In this document: one piece after another, positions 9,994 to 21,910 of the stretch
Layout of the letters: every line of letters starts with the position of its first letter
Position numbering within the stretch: the stretch's first letter is position 1
Assembly: GCA_048405595.1 (NCBI GenBank)
Contig: DBFJOT010000056.1
Location: forward strand, 8,085 to 72,084
Origin: Candidatus Onthovivens sp.
GTDB lineage: Bacteria; Bacillota_I; Bacilli_A; RFN20; CAG-826
Direction of reading: 5' to 3'
Length of the DNA stretch: 64,000 nucleotides
Made by a program: the position numbers and the translations under genes
Notes under the pieces: model-generated
What the model saw: only the letters and a program-made list of their open reading frames with translations
Databases searched by the model: none
What the model was told of the DNA's origin: nothing

Positions 9994-10007
9994 TATTTAT
10001 TAATTGA

Positions 10008-13000
10008 TTAGAATCTATTTCCAACGTAATCATCTTCTGTTGGAAGTGATTGTAAATATTCTAAGTCAAGATCTGATGATGTATCAATATTATCATCATG
10101 TTCACTATCGTGAATTCCGATATATTGTTTTTCAACATCATGCATTCTTTCTGTGACATCGAATGAATTGACAAGTTCTCTAGCTTCATTTCTTGGTAAT
10201 AAACCTCTACCAGCTGGAATAAGTTTACCAGTGATGACGTTTTCTTTTAAGCCGTGGAGAGTATCAACTTTACCTTTAATAGCAGCATCTGTTAAGACAC
10301 GTGTTGTTTCTTGGAATGATGCAGCTGAGAGGAATGAATCTGTTTCAAGAGCAGCTTTAGTAATACCTAAAACTAATGGTTTAACAACTGCAGGACGTTT
10401 TCCAGCGAGTAAAGCTTCTTTGTTCTTTTCTGTAAATTCTACAAGTGAAACTCTTGTTCCTGGAATCATTTCAGTATCACCACCATCAATGATGACAACT
10501 TTTCTTAACATTTGTCTAACGATAACTTCAATGTGCTTATCGCTAATAGCGATACCTTGAAGTCTATAGACTTTTTGAACTTCCTTAATGATGTAACGTT
10601 CAACAGCGCCAATATCACTAACTTCAAGAAGTTTCTTAGGTGAAATAGCACCTTCAGTGATTTTTCCACCATTACTGATCTTGTCACCTTCTTTAACTCT
10701 TAATCTTGCACCGAAGTTAGTTGTGTAAGTTTTTTCTTCTAAATCGTTAGTAATTGTAACGACATAAGAACCACTTCTTTCTTCGATATTTGTAACAGTA
10801 CCAGCAATTTCACTAATTAAAGCTTCACCTTTTGGATTTCTAGATTCAAATAATTCTTGAACTCTAGGTAAACCTTGAGTGATATCTTCAGTTGTAGCAA
10901 CACCACCAGAGTGGAATGTACGCATGGTTAATTGGGTACCAGGTTCACCGATTGATTGAGCAGCCATAATACCAACTGCTTCACCGATTTCGACAGGTTT
11001 ACCAGTAGCTAAGTTACGTCCGTAACAGTGTTGGCAAACACCATCTTTTGTATTACATCCAAATAATGATCTAATTTCAACATGTGTAATACCTGCATTG
11101 ACGATAGCTTTTGCATCAGCTTCTTCAATTAAAGTATTTCCTTTGACAATTAATTCATTTGTTGTTGGATTATAGATATCATGACATGAATATCTACCGA
11201 TTAATCTTTCTTCTAATGAAACAATGACTTTATTTTCAGCAGTATTTACGATATCGCTGACGATTGTTCCATGATCTGAATGACAATCTTCTTCTCTAAC
11301 AATAACGTCTTGAGAAACGTCAACAAGTCTTCTAGTTAAGTAACCTGAGTCAGCTGTTTTTAAAGCAGTATCAGCACCACCTTTTCTAGCACCGTGAGTA
11401 CCGGTGAAGAATTCGCTGACGTTAAGACCTTGACGGAAACATGATTTAACAGGTAATTCGATAGTTTCACCACTAGTTGATGACATAAGACCTCTCATAC
11501 CCATTAACTGAGTGAAGTTTGATTTACTACCACGAGCTCCAGAGTTCCACATGATAAATAATGGGTTACGTCTATCGCTACGAAGTGTTGTTTCAACTTT
11601 ATCACTAACTACGTTATTGATTTCACTCCAGACTTCGACAACTTTTCTATGTCTTTCGTCGTCTGTTAATAAACCTCTGTCATATAAAGCATCAATTCTA
11701 GCGACTTTTGCATCACCATTATCGATAAGTTCTTGTTTATCTTCGATTGCAGAAATATCACTAATTGCAACTGTTAAGCCACTGATTGTTGAATATCTGT
11801 AACCTTGGTCTTTAATCTTATCAAGGACAGCACTTGTTTTTGTAGTACCATACATTTGATAAATTTGATTAATAATCGAAGTAATTTCTTTCTTTCCAAT
11901 AGGAGCTTTAATTGGTAAAGAAGCGATGTATTCAGGAATATTTGTTCCTTTTGGTACAAAGAATTCATCTTTGTTGTGAATTAAGTTTTCTTTACTTCCA
12001 TCGTTAATATATGGGAAGTCTTTAGGGAAGACAAAGTTAAAGATAACTTTACCAACAGTTGTGATTAAATATGAATCGCACATTTCTTTAGTGAATGATG
12101 TACGTTTCATTACTCTTCCCGGGAGAGCAATTCTGTTATGTAAGTGAATCATTCCCATTTCATAACATTTGTAACATTCATCGATATCCTTGAATACTTT
12201 ACCTTCCATTTCAGCATATCTACGATATTCTTCAGCTCTTTCTAAATCGCCGACACTTTCGTATTTATCTGCTCTAGTAAGGAAGTCTTGTTTATTAGCT
12301 TCCATTGTTAAGTAATAGTTACCAATTAAGATATCTTGTGATGGAGTAACAATTGGTTTTCCATCTTTTGGTGCAAGAATGTTGTTACTTGCAAGCATTA
12401 AATCTAATGCTTCTTCTTGTGCAGCTTTACTAATTGGTACGTGAACAGCCATTTGGTCACCGTCGAAGTCAGCGTTAAATCCTGTACAAACGAGTGGGTG
12501 AAGTCTGATTGCTCTACCTTCAACTAAAATAGGTTGGAAAGCTTGAATACCAAGTCTATGTAATGTAGGAGCACGGTTTAATAAGACAGGGTGTTTTGAG
12601 ATGATTTTTTCAATAACATCATAAACATCGCTATCTTTTGCATCGATTTTCTTATCTGCTTGTCTATGTAAACTACATTTTCCCTCTTTAATAAGGACTG
12701 CAGCGATAAATGGTCTAAGTAAGTTAATAGCCATTTCACGTGGTAACCCACATTGATACATTCTTAAGTTAGGTCCAATAGCAATAACTGAACGTCCGGA
12801 ATAGTCAACACGTTTACCAAGTAAGTTTTGTCTGAATCTACCTTGCTTACCTTTTAAAGCACCACTAAGTGATTTTAAAGGTCTTCCATTAGGTCCAGTA
12901 ACTGGCTTACCATTTCTTCTTCCGTTATCGATTAAAGCATCAACAGCTTCTTGAAGCATTCTCTTTTCGTTCATTAAGATAACGTAAGGAGCGTTGAGGT

Positions 13001-13994
13001 CGATTAATTTCTTTAAACGGTTATTTCTTGTGATAATTCTACGATATAAATCGTTAAGATCACTTGTTGCAAATCTACCACCATCAAGTTGTAACATAGG
13101 TCTTAAATCTGGTGGTATGACTGGTAATGCATCTAAAATCATCCATTCTGGTTTGTTGTTTGATTTTCTGAATGCATCTAAAACTTCTAAACGTTTAATT
13201 AATTTTTGAAGTCTTTGTCCGCTAGCAAGTTTAATTTCTTTGCTAACTTTTGTAAATTCGCCATCAATAATAATATCGTTTCCGAATTCATCTTGTCCTT
13301 TATAATCATTGATTTGAATTTCTTTTAATAATCTTTTGATAGCTTCAGCACCTTCTCCGAATTCAGCACCTGTATGTTCTGAAATATAAGAAGCACATCC
13401 GAAGAAATCAAATGGTTCATTAGGATTTCCTAATCTATCTAATAATTCTTCTGCATAAGCGTATGCAACTGAACCACTTTCTAAATTAGCTTGAATTTCT
13501 TTAATTGCAATAATGAAAGTTTCTCTACCAATTCTATCATCAAGGAATTGTTTGTAATAAAGTGCTTTACAAGTACCAGGATTTAAGCAAATGTGAGCAC
13601 TGAAGTAGATAACTTCTTCGAGGTGTTTAGGGGAAACATCAAGAACTAAGCCCATTCTTGAAGAAATTCCCTTTAAATACCAAATGTGTGAACATGGTGA
13701 AGCGAGTTCAATGTGGCCCATTCTTTCTCTTCTAACTTCTTTAGAAATGACTTCAACGCCGCATTTTTCACAGACAACACCTGCATATCTAATCTTTTTA
13801 TATTTACCGCAATGACATTCGTAGTCTTTGCTAGGTCCAAAGATTTTTTCACAGAATAAGCCATCCATTTCTGGTTTTTGACTTCTGTAGTTGATGGTTT
13901 CTGGCTTTGTAACTTCGCCATGTGACCATTCTCTAATTTTTTCAGGAGATGCTAGCCCAACTTTCATGCTAGCTAATTTTTCAACATCAAACAT
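10008..13994 (-). CDS. rpoC: DNA-directed RNA polymerase subunit beta'
   Basis: 1328 aa with the NADFDGDQM catalytic motif and an N-terminal zinc-binding Cys cluster. Confidence 0.98.
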   Translation of the reverse strand: MFDVEKLASMKVGLASPEKIREWSHGEVTKPETINYRSQKPEMDGLFCEKIFGPSKDYECHCGKYKKIRYAGVVCEKCGVEVISKEVRRERMGHIELASPCSHIWYLKGISSRMGLVLDVSPKHLEEVIYFSAHICLNPGTCKALYYKQFLDDRIGRETFIIAIKEIQANLESGSVAYAYAEELLDRLGNPNEPFDFFGCASYISEHTGAEFGEGAEAIKRLLKEIQINDYKGQDEFGNDIIIDGEFTKVSKEIKLASGQRLQKLIKRLEVLDAFRKSNNKPEWMILDALPVIPPDLRPMLQLDGGRFATSDLNDLYRRIITRNNRLKKLIDLNAPYVILMNEKRMLQEAVDALIDNGRRNGKPVTGPNGRPLKSLSGALKGKQGRFRQNLLGKRVDYSGRSVIAIGPNLRMYQCGLPREMAINLLRPFIAAVLIKEGKCSLHRQADKKIDAKDSDVYDVIEKIISKHPVLLNRAPTLHRLGIQAFQPILVEGRAIRLHPLVCTGFNADFDGDQMAVHVPISKAAQEEALDLMLASNNILAPKDGKPIVTPSQDILIGNYYLTMEANKQDFLTRADKYESVGDLERAEEYRRYAEMEGKVFKDIDECYKCYEMGMIHLHNRIALPGRVMKRTSFTKEMCDSYLITTVGKVIFNFVFPKDFPYINDGSKENLIHNKDEFFVPKGTNIPEYIASLPIKAPIGKKEITSIINQIYQMYGTTKTSAVLDKIKDQGYRYSTISGLTVAISDISAIEDKQELIDNGDAKVARIDALYDRGLLTDDERHRKVVEVWSEINNVVSDKVETTLRSDRRNPLFIMWNSGARGSKSNFTQLMGMRGLMSSTSGETIELPVKSCFRQGLNVSEFFTGTHGARKGGADTALKTADSGYLTRRLVDVSQDVIVREEDCHSDHGTIVSDIVNTAENKVIVSLEERLIGRYSCHDIYNPTTNELIVKGNTLIEEADAKAIVNAGITHVEIRSLFGCNTKDGVCQHCYGRNLATGKPVEIGEAVGIMAAQSIGEPGTQLTMRTFHSGGVATTEDITQGLPRVQELFESRNPKGEALISEIAGTVTNIEERSGSYVVTITNDLEEKTYTTNFGARLRVKEGDKISNGGKITEGAISPKKLLEVSDIGAVERYIIKEVQKVYRLQGIAISDKHIEVIVRQMLRKVVIIDGGDTEMIPGTRVSLVEFTEKNKEALLAGKRPAVVKPLVLGITKAALETDSFLSAASFQETTRVLTDAAIKGKVDTLHGLKENVITGKLIPAGRGLLPRNEARELVNSFDVTERMHDVEKQYIGIHDSEHDDNIDTSSDLDLEYLQSLPTEDDYVGNRF

Positions 13995-14007
13995 TTTGAT
14001 ACCTCCC

Positions 14008-17000
14008 TTAGTTTAAGAACTCACTTGAATCAGCATCTCCGAAATCGAGAGTGTCTTCAAAATCGATTTCTTGATTTTTGATTGTTGATGAGTTTTCGTT
14101 ACCAATATTTCTAAGCGATCTCATAGAACGTTGTTCTTCTTGTTGAGTTTGTCTTGCTAAGCTATCCATATCAATAACTTTTCCGTCTTTTCCAAATAAT
14201 TCAACGTCCATACCTAAGCCCATAAGTTCTTTAGTTAAAACTTTGAATGCTTCTGGAATTGAAGGTTTTGGTAATGGATTACCTTTAATAATAGATTCGT
14301 AAGTTTTTCTTCTTCCAACTCTATCATCTGATTTAATAGTAATCATTTCTTGGAGAATATTTGCTGCACCATAAGCTTCAAGTGCCCAAACTTCCATTTC
14401 ACCAAATCTTTGACCACCGTTTTGTGCTTTACCACCTAAAGGTTGTTGAGTAACCATTGAGTAAGGTCCTGTAGCACGTGCGTGAAGTTTGTCATCGACC
14501 ATGTGGACAAGTTTAATCATATACATGACACCGACGTTAATTCTATCATCGAATTTTTCACCGGTTCTTCCATCATAAAGTGTGTATTTACCATCTTTTG
14601 GCATTTTAGCTTCGTCCATCATTTGTTTGATTTCTTCGTTGCTAATACCATCAAAGACTGGAGTTGCAATCTTTAATCCGCCAAGAGCTTTACAAGCCAT
14701 ACCTAAGTGAACTTCAAGAATTTGTCCGATATTCATACGTGAAGGAACACCTTGTGGGTTTAATAAGATATCGACTGGTGTACCATCTGGTAAGAATGGC
14801 ATATCTTCGACAGGAACAATACGTGAGATAACACCTTTGTTACCGTGACGTCCTGACATCTTATCACCTTCTGAGATTTTACGTTTTTGAACAATGTAAA
14901 CTCTGATTTTCTTAGTGACATCTGGTGGTAATTCATCACCATTTTCTCTAGTGAAGATTTTGACATCTAAGACTGTACCAGCACCACCATGAGGTACTCT
15001 TAATGAAGTGTCTTTACCATCTTTTGATTTATCACCGAAAATAGCATCGAGTAATTTTTGATCAGGTGATGGTTCGCTTGTTCCTTTAGGAGTAACTTTA
15101 CCAACTAAAATATCTCCTTCGTTAACATCTGTACCTGGATAAACAATACCAAATTCATCTAAGTGTTGTTTTGCATCAAGTGAAATGTTTGGAACATCTG
15201 GAGTGATTGTTTCACTACCATTTTTTGTATTTCTACATTCGACTTCATATGAATCGATGTGGATTGTTGTATAAACGTCATCTTTAACGAGTTTTTCACT
15301 CATAATGACAGCGTCTTCGTAGTTGAATCCTTCCCAAGTCATGAAAGCAACAACAACGTTTTGGCCTAATGCTAAATCTCCATTATCCATTGATGGACCG
15401 TCAGCAATGATTTGGCCTTTTTTAATTTTGTCACCAACGTGAACAATGCTTCTTTGATTGATACATGTTCCTTGGTTACTACCTTCATATTTTTGGAGGT
15501 GGTAAGTTCTTTCTCCACCGTTTTCTTGGATTTTAATAATTTGTGAATCGCTATATGTACATGTACCTTCTTCACATGCGACAACTGCTAAACCACAGTC
15601 ATGAGCGATTGTGTGTTCAAGACCAGTTCCAACATATGGAGCGTGTGGTCTTAATAAAGGTAAAGCTTGACGTTGCATGTTAGCACCCATAAGAGCACGG
15701 GTATTATCATCGTTTTCAAGGAATGGAATACATGCAGCAGCGACAGAAACGATTTGCATTGGTGATTCATCAATATAATCAACATCTTTTCTATCAGCTA
15801 AAATGTTTTTACCATTGAAACGAGCAACGACTTTTTCATTAGCTAAATAGTGATTTTCAATATCTTCACGTGTGGCTTGAGCAATTACGTGGTTATTTTC
15901 TTCATCAGCTGAAAGGTAAACTGCTTTTTCAGTAATTTCACCTGTTTCTTTATTAACAACTCTGTATGGAGTTTCAATAAATCCGTATTTATCAATTTTA
16001 GCGTATGTAGCTAAGTTGTTGATAAGACCAATGTTTTGACCTTCAGGTGTTTCAATAGGACAAATACGTCCATAGTGAGTAAAGTGAACGTCACGGACTT
16101 CCATTGATGCTCTATCACGAGTTAATCCGCCTGGACCTAAAGCACTAATTCTTCTCTTGTTAGCAAGTTCAGCAAGTGGGTTTGTTTGATCCATGAATTG
16201 TGAAAGTTGTGATGAAGCGAAGAATTCTCTAATTTCACTTGATAATGGTTTGATATTAATAAGTGACTTAGGTGTTAATTCTTTTGTTTCGCCAGTTGTA
16301 ATAGACATCTTTTGTGTGATGTTTTTAGCCATCTTGGTTAAACCAATTCTGAATTGAGTTTGAATTAATTCGCCAACACATCTAATACGTCTGTTACTTA
16401 AGTGGTCGATATCATCAACATCTCCGAAGCCATCCATTAAATTCATGAAATAGCTGAAAATTGCAACGATATCACTAGCTGTAACTCTTGAAACTGTTAA
16501 GTTTAAGTCTGTTCCGATAATATTAGAAACAAATTCTTTCTTTTCATTTGTGTAAACTTTAACAATGTTTACTGTGCCATATTCATCAATTCTTGTGTTA
16601 AGTGGAACTTTGTATTCGTGTGCTCCGTTTTCGAAGAATTCTTCATTACGAAGTTCATCAACCATTTCTTTTGTTAAGATTGTGCCTTCTTCAAATTTAA
16701 TTTCGCCTTCAGCGCTAATTAAATCTTCAGCTAAGATTCTTCCTTCAAGTCTATTGTAGATTCCTAATTTTTGAGCATATTTAAATCTACCAGCTCTTCC
16801 TAAATCATAACGTTTGTCATCAAAGAATTTTTGAACGAGGAATGTATGAACACCATCATCAGTAATAGGTTCACCTGGTTTTAATTTCTTAAAGATTTCT
16901 TTTAAAGCTTTTAAGCTTGATTTTGTTTCAACGTCTTTAGCAAGAGTTAACTTTAAGCTTTCTCTATCACCGAATAAGCTAATGATGTCTTCATCAGTTT

Positions 17001-17607
17001 CGATACCGATAGCTTTAAGTAAAATTGTTGCTGGCATTTTTCTTTGGCGATCAATTCTAACCCAGAGGTAATTTTTAATATCGCTTTCGAATTCTAACCA
17101 AGTTCCTCTAGTAGGAATTAAGTCAGCGTTATATGTATAGTGACCAGTTTTGTTATCGAAAGTTTTTGCTAAATAAGCACCTGGTGATCTAACGATTTGA
17201 GAAACGATAACTCTTTCAGCACCATTAATGATAAAAGTACCACTATCTGTCATTAAAGGAATATCGCCCATGAAAACGTCACTATCAACGAATTCACCTG
17301 TAACCTTATCTAAAAGTCTTAAGTTAACTGTTAAAGGTGAACTGTAGTTTAAGTCTTTTTCTTTGCATTCTAAGTATGTGTGCTTAGGTGCATCAAGTCT
17401 AAATGAATTGTAGATAATTGACATTGTTCCGCTATAGTTATCAATAGGGAAAACATCTTTAAATACTTCATCAATACCTTCTTTTAAGAAGTTTTTGTAA
17501 GACTCAGTTTGAATTTCAACTAAATAAGGGAGTGGGAGTGTACCACTAATTTTAGAGAAATTAATACGATCATTATTGATTTTTGGGTAATCTTTATGTG
17601 ATTTCAT
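14008..17607 (-). CDS. rpoB: DNA-directed RNA polymerase subunit beta
   Basis: 1199 aa with the [15 protein letters not shown] block; directly upstream of rpoC. Confidence 0.98.
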   Translation of the reverse strand: MKSHKDYPKINNDRINFSKISGTLPLPYLVEIQTESYKNFLKEGIDEVFKDVFPIDNYSGTMSIIYNSFRLDAPKHTYLECKEKDLNYSSPLTVNLRLLDKVTGEFVDSDVFMGDIPLMTDSGTFIINGAERVIVSQIVRSPGAYLAKTFDNKTGHYTYNADLIPTRGTWLEFESDIKNYLWVRIDRQRKMPATILLKAIGIETDEDIISLFGDRESLKLTLAKDVETKSSLKALKEIFKKLKPGEPITDDGVHTFLVQKFFDDKRYDLGRAGRFKYAQKLGIYNRLEGRILAEDLISAEGEIKFEEGTILTKEMVDELRNEEFFENGAHEYKVPLNTRIDEYGTVNIVKVYTNEKKEFVSNIIGTDLNLTVSRVTASDIVAIFSYFMNLMDGFGDVDDIDHLSNRRIRCVGELIQTQFRIGLTKMAKNITQKMSITTGETKELTPKSLINIKPLSSEIREFFASSQLSQFMDQTNPLAELANKRRISALGPGGLTRDRASMEVRDVHFTHYGRICPIETPEGQNIGLINNLATYAKIDKYGFIETPYRVVNKETGEITEKAVYLSADEENNHVIAQATREDIENHYLANEKVVARFNGKNILADRKDVDYIDESPMQIVSVAAACIPFLENDDNTRALMGANMQRQALPLLRPHAPYVGTGLEHTIAHDCGLAVVACEEGTCTYSDSQIIKIQENGGERTYHLQKYEGSNQGTCINQRSIVHVGDKIKKGQIIADGPSMDNGDLALGQNVVVAFMTWEGFNYEDAVIMSEKLVKDDVYTTIHIDSYEVECRNTKNGSETITPDVPNISLDAKQHLDEFGIVYPGTDVNEGDILVGKVTPKGTSEPSPDQKLLDAIFGDKSKDGKDTSLRVPHGGAGTVLDVKIFTRENGDELPPDVTKKIRVYIVQKRKISEGDKMSGRHGNKGVISRIVPVEDMPFLPDGTPVDILLNPQGVPSRMNIGQILEVHLGMACKALGGLKIATPVFDGISNEEIKQMMDEAKMPKDGKYTLYDGRTGEKFDDRINVGVMYMIKLVHMVDDKLHARATGPYSMVTQQPLGGKAQNGGQRFGEMEVWALEAYGAANILQEMITIKSDDRVGRRKTYESIIKGNPLPKPSIPEAFKVLTKELMGLGMDVELFGKDGKVIDMDSLARQTQQEEQRSMRSLRNIGNENSSTIKNQEIDFEDTLDFGDADSSEFLN

Positions 17608-17613
17608 TCAATA

Positions 17614-18210
17614 CTACTCCTTATTAATACATTCGATTATGAAATATCCTTTTTCCTTATATATGACACTTGCTTCGAATAAAGAAGAAAGATATTTTAA
17701 GTGAGACAACGCGCCTTTATCTTTTCGAATAACAAGATAAAAACGTCCATTAACAACAAGTTTTTCAACTGTATCGCTATAGATTTTGAAAATTCTTTCT
17801 TTACCTATAGAAATAGGTGGGTTGAATAATATGTAATTATATTTCTCACCATCATTTAAGTAGCCATCACTTGTAGAGCATTTACCATCCAAATCGTAAT
17901 ACTTTAAGTTTCTACTAGTTAATTCAATACATTTAGGATTTATGTCTATAAAATCGACTGAAACTTTATTCTTAAACAAAAGTTTTAAAGTGATTCCAAT
18001 CGGTCCATATCCACATCCAAGGTCGAGAATTTTACCTTCTAAATTTATAGTTGATAGGTACTTTATAAATATCAAAGTACCTGTATCAATCGCTTTATTG
18101 GAGAATACTCCTGAGTCACTAATTAATTGCAATTCCAAAGAATTTACGTTGAATTTAATAACTCTTTCGTGACTCTCTAAATTAGGATCATTTATAAAAT
18201 AGTGACTCAT
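17614..18210 (-). CDS. Class I SAM-dependent (RsmC/YbxB-like rRNA) methyltransferase
   Basis: ILDLGCGYGPIG SAM motif and FNPPI motif. Same position as B. subtilis ybxB between rplL and rpoB. ATG at 18210 (MSHYF) preferred over the TTG at 18270 in the ORF track. Confidence 0.75.
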   Translation of the reverse strand: MSHYFINDPNLESHERVIKFNVNSLELQLISDSGVFSNKAIDTGTLIFIKYLSTINLEGKILDLGCGYGPIGITLKLLFKNKVSVDFIDINPKCIELTSRNLKYYDLDGKCSTSDGYLNDGEKYNYILFNPPISIGKERIFKIYSDTVEKLVVNGRFYLVIRKDKGALSHLKYLSSLFEASVIYKEKGYFIIECINKE

Positions 18211-18230
18211 TTTTTTCTCTCTATAAATAG

Positions 18231-18265
18231 CCAAAAACCTGCCCTCAAAAAATTGGTGGCAGGTT
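18231..18265 (-). terminator. rplL-rpoB intercistronic attenuator/terminator hairpin
   Basis: 8-bp stem AACCUGCC / GGCAGGUU with a 14-nt loop, followed by UUUGG on the minus strand. Its position is analogous to the known rplL-rpoB attenuator. Confidence 0.45.
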
Positions 18266-18287
18266 ATCAAGTTTCGTAAATTAAAAA

Positions 18288-18659
18288 CTATTTAATTTCA
18301 ACTTGAGCACCAGCTGCTTCTAAAGCTTTCTTGTGTTCTTCAGCTTCAACAGGTGAGATGTGTTCTTTGATTGCGCTTGGAGCAGCATCAACTAATTTCT
18401 TAGCATCCATTAATCCTAAGCCTGTGATAGCTTGGACAGCTTTGATACAAGCAACTTTGTTAGCACCACATGCTTTTAATGTTAATGTAACTTCTGCTGG
18501 TCCTTTCTTTTCTTCTTCTTCAGCTGGAGCTGCAGCAGCCATTGGAGCAGCAGCTGTAACGCCGAATTCTTCTTCGATTGCTTTGACTAAATCATTTAAT
18601 TCAACAACTGTCATTTCTTTAACAGCAGCGATAATTTCTTCGTTTGTTAATTTTGCCAT
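18288..18659 (-). CDS. rplL: 50S ribosomal protein L7/L12
   Basis: 123 aa with an Ala/Glu hinge ([11 protein letters not shown]) and a conserved C-terminal domain. Confidence 0.97.
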   Translation of the reverse strand: MAKLTNEEIIAAVKEMTVVELNDLVKAIEEEFGVTAAAPMAAAAPAEEEEKKGPAEVTLTLKACGANKVACIKAVQAITGLGLMDAKKLVDAAPSAIKEHISPVEAEEHKKALEAAGAQVEIK

Positions 18660-18689
18660 TTTTCTTTCCTCCTAATAATTAGCAAATAG

Positions 18690-19178
18690 TTATTTCTTTT
18701 CTGAGACTTGGCTTAAGCTGTAAGCTAAATTTCTCATAGGTGCTTGTAATACGCTTAATAACATAGATACAAGGCCTTCTTTTCCTGGTAATTGAGCGAT
18801 TGTTTTGACTGTTTTGTCATCGCTGATTTTACCTTCGATGATTCCACCCTTAATTTGGAAGGATTCATGTTTTTTTGCAAATTTTGCAACATACTTTAAT
18901 GAACCATTTGAATAGTCATCCATGAAAATGAATAAGTTTGGTCCAGTTAAATATGAATCGAATTCTTTTTGTTCGAGACTTTCGACTGCTCTAGTAACTA
19001 AACTGTTTTTGTAAACGTTAGCTTTAGCATTCTTTTCTCTGAGTTCCTTTCTTAATAAAGTCATATCAGCAACTGATAATCCGCGATATTCACAGACGAC
19101 AACTGCTTTACTATTCTTTATTAATTCAGTAACTTCTGAAACAACTGCTTCTTTTTGCTTTAAAACATTTTGATTCAT
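18690..19178 (-). CDS. rplJ: 50S ribosomal protein L10
   Basis: 162 aa. SD aaggagg. Upstream of rplL. Confidence 0.95.
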   Translation of the reverse strand: MNQNVLKQKEAVVSEVTELIKNSKAVVVCEYRGLSVADMTLLRKELREKNAKANVYKNSLVTRAVESLEQKEFDSYLTGPNLFIFMDDYSNGSLKYVAKFAKKHESFQIKGGIIEGKISDDKTVKTIAQLPGKEGLVSMLLSVLQAPMRNLAYSLSQVSEKK

Positions 19179-19306
19179 TTTTTACCTCCTTAATATATTT
19201 TGAGGCTAAATATACTTGAGGATTCTATAAATACAACCTCGGTAACATAATTAAGATTTTAAATCCGTTACTGTCTTTGGTATATTTGCCTACTAAATAA
19301 ATTCAA
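19179..19306 (-). promoter_or_regulatory. Possible L10 autoregulatory leader
   Basis: 128-nt untranslated spacer between rplA and rplJ with local helices (GUAAC/GUUAC, GAGG/CCUC). This is where Firmicute L10 leaders sit. Not confirmed by a covariance model. Confidence 0.3.
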
Positions 19307-19981
19307 TTAGAAACCAACTTTAATGGATGGTCCCATTGTTGTTGCAATGTAGCATCCTAAGACGTAGTTTCCTTTAACTGTGCTTGGTCTAACTTTGAGA
19401 ATTTGGTTAACAAGTGTTTGAACGTTTTCAGTTAATTGTTCTTTTGTGAAAGAAACTTTACCAACACCAACGTTGACGTTTCCATCTCTGTCAGCTCTAT
19501 ATTCAACTTTACCTGCTTTTAATTCTTTAACCATTTTTGCAATATCTGGTCCAACTGTTCCAGTTTTTGGGTTTGGCATTAATCCTTTAGGTCCTAAAAC
19601 TCTACCGTTTTTACCAATTTCTCCCATCATTTCTGGAGTTGCACAGATAACATCGAAATCAAACCATTTTTCGTTAACAATTTTTTCGAGTAATTCTTTA
19701 CCACCAGCGTAGTTTGCACCAGCTTCTAAAGCTTCTGCTGATTTGTTTGTGATAGCAACGACTCTAACATCTTTACCTGTTCCTGCTGGAAGAATAACTG
19801 TTCCTCTAACTTGTTGATCAGCTTTCTTTGTGTTGATGTTGAGTTTCATGTTAACTGAAATTGTTGCATCAAACTTAGTTGTTGAAGTGTTTTTAATTAA
19901 TTCGCAAGCTTCTTCAATTGTATAAGTTTTGTTCTTATCGATTAATTTTAAAGCTGCTTCGTATTTCTTACCGTGTTTCAT
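19307..19981 (-). CDS. rplA: 50S ribosomal protein L1
   Basis: 224 aa; rplK-rplA pair. Confidence 0.96.
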   Translation of the reverse strand: MKHGKKYEAALKLIDKNKTYTIEEACELIKNTSTTKFDATISVNMKLNINTKKADQQVRGTVILPAGTGKDVRVVAITNKSAEALEAGANYAGGKELLEKIVNEKWFDFDVICATPEMMGEIGKNGRVLGPKGLMPNPKTGTVGPDIAKMVKELKAGKVEYRADRDGNVNVGVGKVSFTKEQLTENVQTLVNQILKVRPSTVKGNYVLGCYIATTMGPSIKVGF

Positions 19982-19996
19982 TTAGCATCCCTCCAA

Positions 19997-20410
19997 TTAA
20001 TCAATGACCTTGATGCCCATATTTTTAGCACTACCTTCGATAATTCTCATAGCGCTTTCTAAATCATTTGCGTTAAGATCTGGCATCTTGTATTCTGCAA
20101 TCTTTTTAATGTCAGCTTTTGTGACTTGACCTGCAGTTGTTGTTTTACTATTTGCACTACCTTTTTTAATTCCAGCAGCTTTTAATAATAAGCCTGTAAC
20201 TGGAGATGTTTTGATTTCCATGCTGAAGGTTTTATCTTCAAAAGCAGTGATAATAACAGGGACAACTTCACCCTTTCTGTCAGCTGTTTTTGCGTTAAAT
20301 TCTGTACAGAATTTTGGCATAACAACACCAGCACTAGCAAGTTTTGGGCCTGGTTTAGCTTCACCACCAGGTAATTCCATCTTGAGTACTTTTGCGACTT
20401 TTTTACCCAT
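19997..20410 (-). CDS. rplK: 50S ribosomal protein L11
   Basis: 137 aa with the PPGPALG-like block (KPGPKLASAG). Confidence 0.96.
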   Translation of the reverse strand: MGKKVAKVLKMELPGGEAKPGPKLASAGVVMPKFCTEFNAKTADRKGEVVPVIITAFEDKTFSMEIKTSPVTGLLLKAAGIKKGSANSKTTTAGQVTKADIKKIAEYKMPDLNANDLESAMRIIEGSAKNMGIKVID

Positions 20411-20509
20411 TGTAAATTTCTCCTTTCAATGCGTTCGTGGTATGAAGTAGTTCGCCTCTTCTCCCACAAAAAATATATGCGATTTTATCTTAATATATCG
20501 CGCCTGTAA

Positions 20510-20538
20510 ATTATAGTATAAAAACAAATAAGAGTCAA
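20510..20538 (-). promoter_or_regulatory. rplK-rplA promoter
   Basis: Minus strand TTGACT, 17 nt spacer, TATAAT. Leaves a ~90-nt leader containing GGGAGAAGAGGCGAAC, a possible L1-binding leader. Confidence 0.6.
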
Positions 20539-20620
20539 ACTTATTTTTTTCATTTTTTATAGTCGATTTTATGCCTTTAATTAAACTTTTTTTACAATGT
20601 TTATTGATTAAAAATCGCAT

Positions 20621-20647
20621 AAAAAAATCCTGAGTATTTCATCAGGA
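20621..20647 (-). terminator. nusG terminator
   Basis: TCCTGA, 8 nt loop, TCAGGA, then U7 on the minus strand, 7 nt after the nusG stop. Confidence 0.45.
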
Positions 20648-20653
20648 CTTATG

Positions 20654-21250
20654 TTAAATTTTAACGATTTCGCTGAAGTCAACTTCAACAGGAGTTCTAC
20701 GTCCAAAGAAGACAGCTTCAACAGTAACTGTGCCAGTTTCTTTGTTGATTGAGATGATTTTTCCTTCGATGTTATCGAATGTTCCGTGGATAACTTTTAC
20801 TAAATCACCAACATGATATCCATCATACATTGAGCTATCAACCATACCCATTCTCTTAAGAACAGCTTCAATTTCTCTACTTGAAACAGGAGTTGGTTTT
20901 TGACCACCGCCGCTTGATCCAGCAATACCAGTAACACCTGGAGTATTTCTAATCATGAACCAGCTTTCATCTGTCATAATCATTTCGACGAAAACATAAC
21001 CTGGATAAAGGTTGATAATTTTCATCTTTGGTTCTTCGATGCCTGTTTCTTTATTCTTGACCATTTTTTGTTGGCCATCTTTATCTTTTTCTGGAATAGC
21101 TTCTTCAGCAACGACGATTCTAAAGATAAAATCTTTAAGATTCATACTTTCAATACGTCTTTTGATGTTGTCTGCTACTTTTTGTTCGTGTCCACTGTAT
21201 GTGGTTGCAATATACCATTGCTTTTCAGCTAATTTGTTCTCTTGTTCCAT
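20654..21250 (-). CDS. nusG: Transcription termination/antitermination factor NusG
   Basis: 198 aa. NGN domain (WYIATTYSGHE) plus C-terminal KOW (GDLVKVIHGTF). Confidence 0.95.
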   Translation of the reverse strand: MEQENKLAEKQWYIATTYSGHEQKVADNIKRRIESMNLKDFIFRIVVAEEAIPEKDKDGQQKMVKNKETGIEEPKMKIINLYPGYVFVEMIMTDESWFMIRNTPGVTGIAGSSGGGQKPTPVSSREIEAVLKRMGMVDSSMYDGYHVGDLVKVIHGTFDNIEGKIISINKETGTVTVEAVFFGRRTPVEVDFSEIVKI

Positions 21251-21254
21251 TTTA

Positions 21255-21458
21255 CTAACCTCTTAACGATTCAAAAGCATCTCTAAGTTGAGCGACTAAA
21301 ATACCTGAAGCATAGTCCTCTAAAACTAAGAAAATAGCAGCGAAAATAGCGATAGAAATAACGACAGCTACAGCTGGTAAGAATACATCTTTCTTAGGCC
21401 ATTTGATACGCTTTCCTTCTTTAAAAACGCCTTTGAAATAATTTCCAATTTTTTTCAT
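21255..21458 (-). CDS. secE: Preprotein translocase subunit SecE
   Basis: 67 aa from MKKIGNYFKGV, with a single C-terminal TM helix. SD ggag 8 nt upstream. The GTG at 21506 in the ORF track overlaps rpmG and was rejected. Confidence 0.85.
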   Translation of the reverse strand: MKKIGNYFKGVFKEGKRIKWPKKDVFLPAVAVVISIAIFAAIFLVLEDYASGILVAQLRDAFESLRG

Positions 21459-21469
21459 AGTTTTATCTC

Positions 21470-21619
21470 CTATTTGCTCTCTTTGTGGATTGTATATCGG
21501 CCACACTTAGGGCAAAATTTTCGAAGTTCAATACGAGTAGTGCTATCCTCGACTTTTTTAGTCGTTGTATAGTTTCTAGAAAGACATTCCGAGCAAATTA
21601 AAATAACTTTTTTTCTCAT
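21470..21619 (-). CDS. rpmG: 50S ribosomal protein L33
   Basis: Hand-translated 49 aa: [49 protein letters not shown], with a CxxC...CxxC zinc ribbon. SD gagga. Below the ORF-track size cutoff. Confidence 0.93.
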   Translation of the reverse strand: MRKKVILICSECLSRNYTTTKKVEDSTTRIELRKFCPKCGRYTIHKESK

Positions 21620-21651
21620 AATTCATCCTCTATATATACACACTATCAAAA

Positions 21652-21680
21652 ATGATACCGATGAAAAAGTTTAATGTCAA
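21652..21680 (-). promoter_or_regulatory. rpmG-secE-nusG promoter
   Basis: Minus strand TTGACA, 17 nt spacer, TATCAT, about 30 nt upstream of the rpmG ATG. Confidence 0.55.
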
Positions 21681-21718
21681 ATAATTATAATTATTCAAGG
21701 TCAAAATAAGGTGTTACT

Positions 21719-21751
21719 AAAAGTGATTTTTAGTCCGTTTTTATCACTTTT
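21719..21751. terminator. Hairpin downstream of the sigma-factor gene
   Basis: 9-bp stem aaaagtgat / atcactttt with a 15-nt loop. Confidence 0.35.
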
Positions 21752-21910
21752 TAACTCGCGAATCCAGGAATTAAAATAAAAATATTTAGACATTATTTTT
21801 AAATATAATTTAAAAACTTTCGATAAATTCGAATCTTTAACGACAAAGATTTTTTTGATTCAAAACAAATTTAATAAAATTCATCATGCTAGAAAAAATT
21901 ATTTTCTAAT

